From: a virus
IMG/VR virus record: IMGVR_UViG_3300031965_000002
Location: 2,082-66,081 of that record
Direction: 5' to 3' (one strand)
DNA length: 64,000 nt
Both the position numbers and the translations under genes were made by a program. This document shows, piece after piece, positions 60,789 through 64,000 of the stretch. How positions within the stretch are numbered: the first letter of the stretch is position 1; each line of letters starts with the position of its first letter. Below the pieces are notes generated by a model. It searched no databases. It had not been told where the DNA came from and worked only from the letters and a program-made list of their open reading frames with translations.

Positions 60789-62567
60789 ATGGCAGATTTT
60801 GGACCAGAACACGTAGTTGTTGTATATAGAGATACTGACAGCGAAAGCTTAGAGTTTGCGGAACGGTATCAAGAGATACATGGTCTAGCTGACGAACAGT
60901 TGGTCGCTGTCTCATGCTCAAGTAGAGAGGTTCTTGACACCTATACAGATTTTCAAATCGAAGTAGAGAACCCTCTCAAGAGCGCTCTTTCTGATTCTGG
61001 CTCAGACCTTCTTGATAGAACAGTCTATGCATTCGTGCTGATGCCTCGCGTGCCGGGTGGATTCCGCGCAAACGATGAAGTTATATCTGCTACGTCTCGA
61101 CTATCAAGGCTATATAGCTCGTTTGACCCCGGTCTTAATAACCCACTTTATGATCCTAAAGTCTTTCGTCGATACCGTGAGTCAGATACAGATATCGCCT
61201 ACATCTGCTCTCGCTTTGATACCCCCCAAGCCGCGATAACTCGAAACTGGTTTGACAATACACAAACAGCAATCAATCAGCTATTTGTATCTGGTAAATT
61301 CTTCATGGACTCGTATGCTGCTATCTTTGCAAGCGGAGCAGAGCAATACGAGGAAGAGCTTGTCGGTTTTGAAACCGGCTTTATGACAAAGCTTGGTATC
61401 GATACAAGAACCACGGTTAGAGTCGATCCTTATGTTGATCCCATAATTCCTAAACTAAATGATGATTCGTTTTATTGGGGCTGGGGCACAGAGGAGGGCA
61501 GCCTAACTTTCTTCGGAACCTCTACAAATATACGCGGTTTCTTCTATAACGCCGATTTTACTGGCGCAGAAACGATGCGAAATATTGACGCCCGTAACTG
61601 GCCATTGCTTGCGATACGTCAAGGTTACGTTGCGACCGCAGGCGCTATGTCAAACATGAATATTGATGCCTTTTTGAGACCGTTCCCATTGTTCAACGCT
61701 CTGTTTAGAGGCGCAAGAATGGGCGAAGCTATGCTTTACGCTCAACCAAAGTTTGACACGCCTATGGCAATGTTTGGCGACCCACTATTGCGATATACTT
61801 TCCCACTTGCCGTAGATTCAACTACATTTGTAAACGAAAATGTTGCGTGGATTCGTGCAACAGACTGCTGCGCTCAGTCCGTAATAACCATGTTCCGTAA
61901 GAGTAATATCCTTATGGATATGCGAAACGATATTGTGTCAGGCGATGATATCGATGTCCAGCTTGAACTGAGCCGACTTGCAAATAGGCTAGGCAAGACA
62001 TACGAAGACCCAAGTTGGCGGAATGACTACATTAATCTTGTCAGGTCTTTGTTTGACATGGTTGTGCAGCGGAATAAAACGTTTTATCCGGCCCACTATC
62101 CGATTCTTAACGACTATCTTGACGAAACAGATGGCATCATACCTGAAATTATACTTGATGTTTTGGAAGATGAAATATTTAAAGCAACCATTTCAGAAGA
62201 ACATCTATATGAAGAGGGAACTTGGGAGTTTGAGTTTGATCTCGAACATCCCAATGAGGAAGATTTCGCTTTCTATCAGTTTGAACTAGATATTTCAACT
62301 GATATTGATTTCGATGAGAGCGATATTGTTTTGAGCAAGAGAAGCGAAGATTCGGTTCGCGGCTGGTTCCGACAGGACGAAGATGATGTCTATGGGCCGA
62401 TGAATATAAATGGCGTGACTTCCAATTTTGTTGGCAAAAACATAAAATACGTAAACCAGACTGGTGAAAAACTTGAAAGGGGAAAGTTCTATTATTTTCG
62501 AATAAGACAAAAAGACCAGTTGACAACGTATGATTATAGAACTTTTAGAGAAGTTATATATAGATGA
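60789..62567 (+). CDS. TIGR03790-like protein with a C-terminal extension
   Basis: VVVVYRD...SLEFAERY, AFVLMPRVP, CSRFD, YWGWG, VATAGAM, GARMGEA, FGDPL. Confidence 0.7.
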   Translation: MADFGPEHVVVVYRDTDSESLEFAERYQEIHGLADEQLVAVSCSSREVLDTYTDFQIEVENPLKSALSDSGSDLLDRTVYAFVLMPRVPGGFRANDEVISATSRLSRLYSSFDPGLNNPLYDPKVFRRYRESDTDIAYICSRFDTPQAAITRNWFDNTQTAINQLFVSGKFFMDSYAAIFASGAEQYEEELVGFETGFMTKLGIDTRTTVRVDPYVDPIIPKLNDDSFYWGWGTEEGSLTFFGTSTNIRGFFYNADFTGAETMRNIDARNWPLLAIRQGYVATAGAMSNMNIDAFLRPFPLFNALFRGARMGEAMLYAQPKFDTPMAMFGDPLLRYTFPLAVDSTTFVNENVAWIRATDCCAQSVITMFRKSNILMDMRNDIVSGDDIDVQLELSRLANRLGKTYEDPSWRNDYINLVRSLFDMVVQRNKTFYPAHYPILNDYLDETDGIIPEIILDVLEDEIFKATISEEHLYEEGTWEFEFDLEHPNEEDFAFYQFELDISTDIDFDESDIVLSKRSEDSVRGWFRQDEDDVYGPMNINGVTSNFVGKNIKYVNQTGEKLERGKFYYFRIRQKDQLTTYDYRTFREVIYR

Positions 62568-63031
62568 TAGGTACAAAAAATTACAGGATGGTATCAGAGG
62601 TTATTGCCGAATCGCAAGATTTAGCAGGAGACGCTCTGGATAGGCTTCTTTGTATGAGGGAGCACATTGTATCTTCAGAGGTTAACCAATATAATCAATA
62701 TAGAAGACGGTTACTGAATACGCTAGATGGAACATATAACTATGTAGCCGCCAGACACTTTAATCTAAGCAGACAAGTTCAAGATTTTGTTAAAGGCTTA
62801 CAGCAGCATGTCTTAGACAAGTATGGCGCAGATTTCGGCTACCTGACGTTAGACGAGTTTTTGCAAGGACAATATATTCAGGTTCCTCAGACATTTGCAG
62901 CAATATCTAATTTCTTGGGATATACAATTACGGAGGTTGGAGACAAGGCTGCAACATGGGAAGACTTGGATAATGTAAATTGGAACGATCTTAATTTAAG
63001 ATGGGACCGTATAGGCTGGGATAATTTATAA
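62564..63031 (+). CDS. Hypothetical protein
   Basis: 155 aa ORF overlapping the upstream stop; Trp-repeat C-terminus. Confidence 0.7.
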   Translation: MIGTKNYRMVSEVIAESQDLAGDALDRLLCMREHIVSSEVNQYNQYRRRLLNTLDGTYNYVAARHFNLSRQVQDFVKGLQQHVLDKYGADFGYLTLDEFLQGQYIQVPQTFAAISNFLGYTITEVGDKAATWEDLDNVNWNDLNLRWDRIGWDNL

Positions 63032-63037
63032 TGGAGA

Positions 63038-63583
63038 ATGCACATGCCCGCTGATATTTCAGAAAGCACACCAGCAGGGACTTATAAGGATTTGCTGCAT
63101 ATAAATAACAGTGGTAACGGCGCTGATACGTCGCTTCGTACTTTGCGAGATGGAGCCGGCAACGCTACTCCTTTGCAGTTATCAACGAGTAAGGTTGCAT
63201 TTGACGCAGGCGATGGCGTTCTTAGTAATGTAGTTTTGACAGACGTAAAACAGTCCTACAATGATAAAGGTAATATCAATACGTCAGCAGTTGATTTTGA
63301 CCTGAGCGAAGGTAATGTCCAAAAAATGACTATAGACACGAACATTACCAGTATTACCTTTTCAGGCACTCCTACTTCCGGAGATGCTTATGAGCTAACT
63401 CTAATCGTGGAACAAGGTTCGGGTGGCGCGAATACAATAACATGGGGCGGCTCTATTCTTTGGAGCGGAGGAAGTTCTCCAACCGTAACGACCAGTCTTA
63501 GCGCCATTGATATTTTTAAGATGTTCTCTACGGACGGCGGAACGACCTGGTACGCATGGATATTAGGACAGGATTTTAGCTAA
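63038..63583 (+). CDS. Putative virion/tail-associated beta-rich protein
   Basis: FDLSEGNVQKMTI...ITWGGSILWSGGSSPT...IDIFKM...DGGTTW resembles phage tail-accessory modules; start may be 63044. Confidence 0.6.
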   Translation: MHMPADISESTPAGTYKDLLHINNSGNGADTSLRTLRDGAGNATPLQLSTSKVAFDAGDGVLSNVVLTDVKQSYNDKGNINTSAVDFDLSEGNVQKMTIDTNITSITFSGTPTSGDAYELTLIVEQGSGGANTITWGGSILWSGGSSPTVTTSLSAIDIFKMFSTDGGTTWYAWILGQDFS

Positions 63584-64000
63584 TGCCCCCCAAGAAAAAA
63601 GATTCTAAATCATCACAAGCTGAGCTTTCAGACTTTTTGCGCTCACTCAAAAACGACCTCAAGGCGGACAACGTGCGTCGCAAGTTTGGGGGTAAGCTGC
63701 CGAGTATTATTGAATTCGTAGAAGGTGAAAAATGGCTTGGATTCCCCTTCTACACGAATCCAATTCACCTATACCCTATGCAGAAAGTTCTGCTCAAGTG
63801 CTTTTATCGGGGCTCTCCAGGTAATGAAGACCTTAAGCTAACTGAAGCAGAAATTAAACTTATTAAGGATTCCGGCTTAACCGATGTTGAAAACGGTAAT
63901 CTTCTTGAAAAGTGGAGCAAAAACGAAACATTCCGTGAACTTGTGCTTGTATGGGGACGCCGTTGTCTTTCTGAAGACGCAACTATTATCGATCCTGCTA
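63583..64000 (+). CDS. terL: Terminase large subunit, 5' part (runs off the window)
   Basis: Manual translation MPPKKKD...IIEFVEGEKWLG...LYPMQKVLLK...FRELVLVWGRR; open to the window edge, so missing from the ORF track. Confidence 0.75.
   Translation, partial: MPPKKKDSKSSQAELSDFLRSLKNDLKADNVRRKFGGKLPSIIEFVEGEKWLGFPFYTNPIHLYPMQKVLLKCFYRGSPGNEDLKLTEAEIKLIKDSGLTDVENGNLLEKWSKNETFRELVLVWGRRCLSEDATIIDPA
63964..64000 (+). mobile_element. Start of an intein in the terminase Walker A motif
   Basis: GRR is followed by CLSEDATIIDP (intein block A pattern) where S/A-G-K would be expected. Confidence 0.7.

Noticed and set aside
1-64000. Stop-codon recoding as seen in some jumbo phages
   Set aside because: Long conserved genes translate intact in the standard code, and TAA, TAG and TGA all end well-supported genes.

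Overview
This 64 kb window looks like part of a large dsDNA (jumbo-type) bacteriophage genome. It has a terminase large subunit at the right edge, nucleotide and DNA metabolism genes (intein-containing class II NrdJ, ThyA, DHFR, dUTPase, NAD-dependent ligase), TyrRS and two sigma-like factors, and no rRNA or ribosomal-protein genes. Several carried genes point to a Planctomycetota (Phycisphaerae-like) host by inference: a pseudopilin-type N-terminus, an M36 peptidase with a GC-type dockerin tail, and a TIGR03790-like protein. The most notable structure is at 1-5.9 kb: an array of small co-oriented genes punctuated by nine copies of a conserved element, a GC-rich hairpin followed by AAGATGGGTGC-N4-5-CACATA, usually about 40 nt before a GAAAGGA-led start. 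Other highlights: (1) a recurring M-x-W-Y-...-(K)-x-[AS]-Q N-terminal leader on at least five unrelated proteins; (2) a sigma28-like promoter motif upstream of several genes, including both TnpB genes, alongside a phage FliA-like sigma factor; (3) two tnpA-less IS200/IS605 TnpB elements whose ends and different predicted TAMs can be read from the sequence, one of which splits a LAGLIDADG endonuclease gene; (4) a large glycan-modification gene set (2 GT29-like domains, 4 tandem GT32, 2 Maf/DUF115-like, a sulfotransferase); (5) a non-canonical tRNA-like element near tyrS. All family assignments come from motif recognition by eye; no database searches were run.
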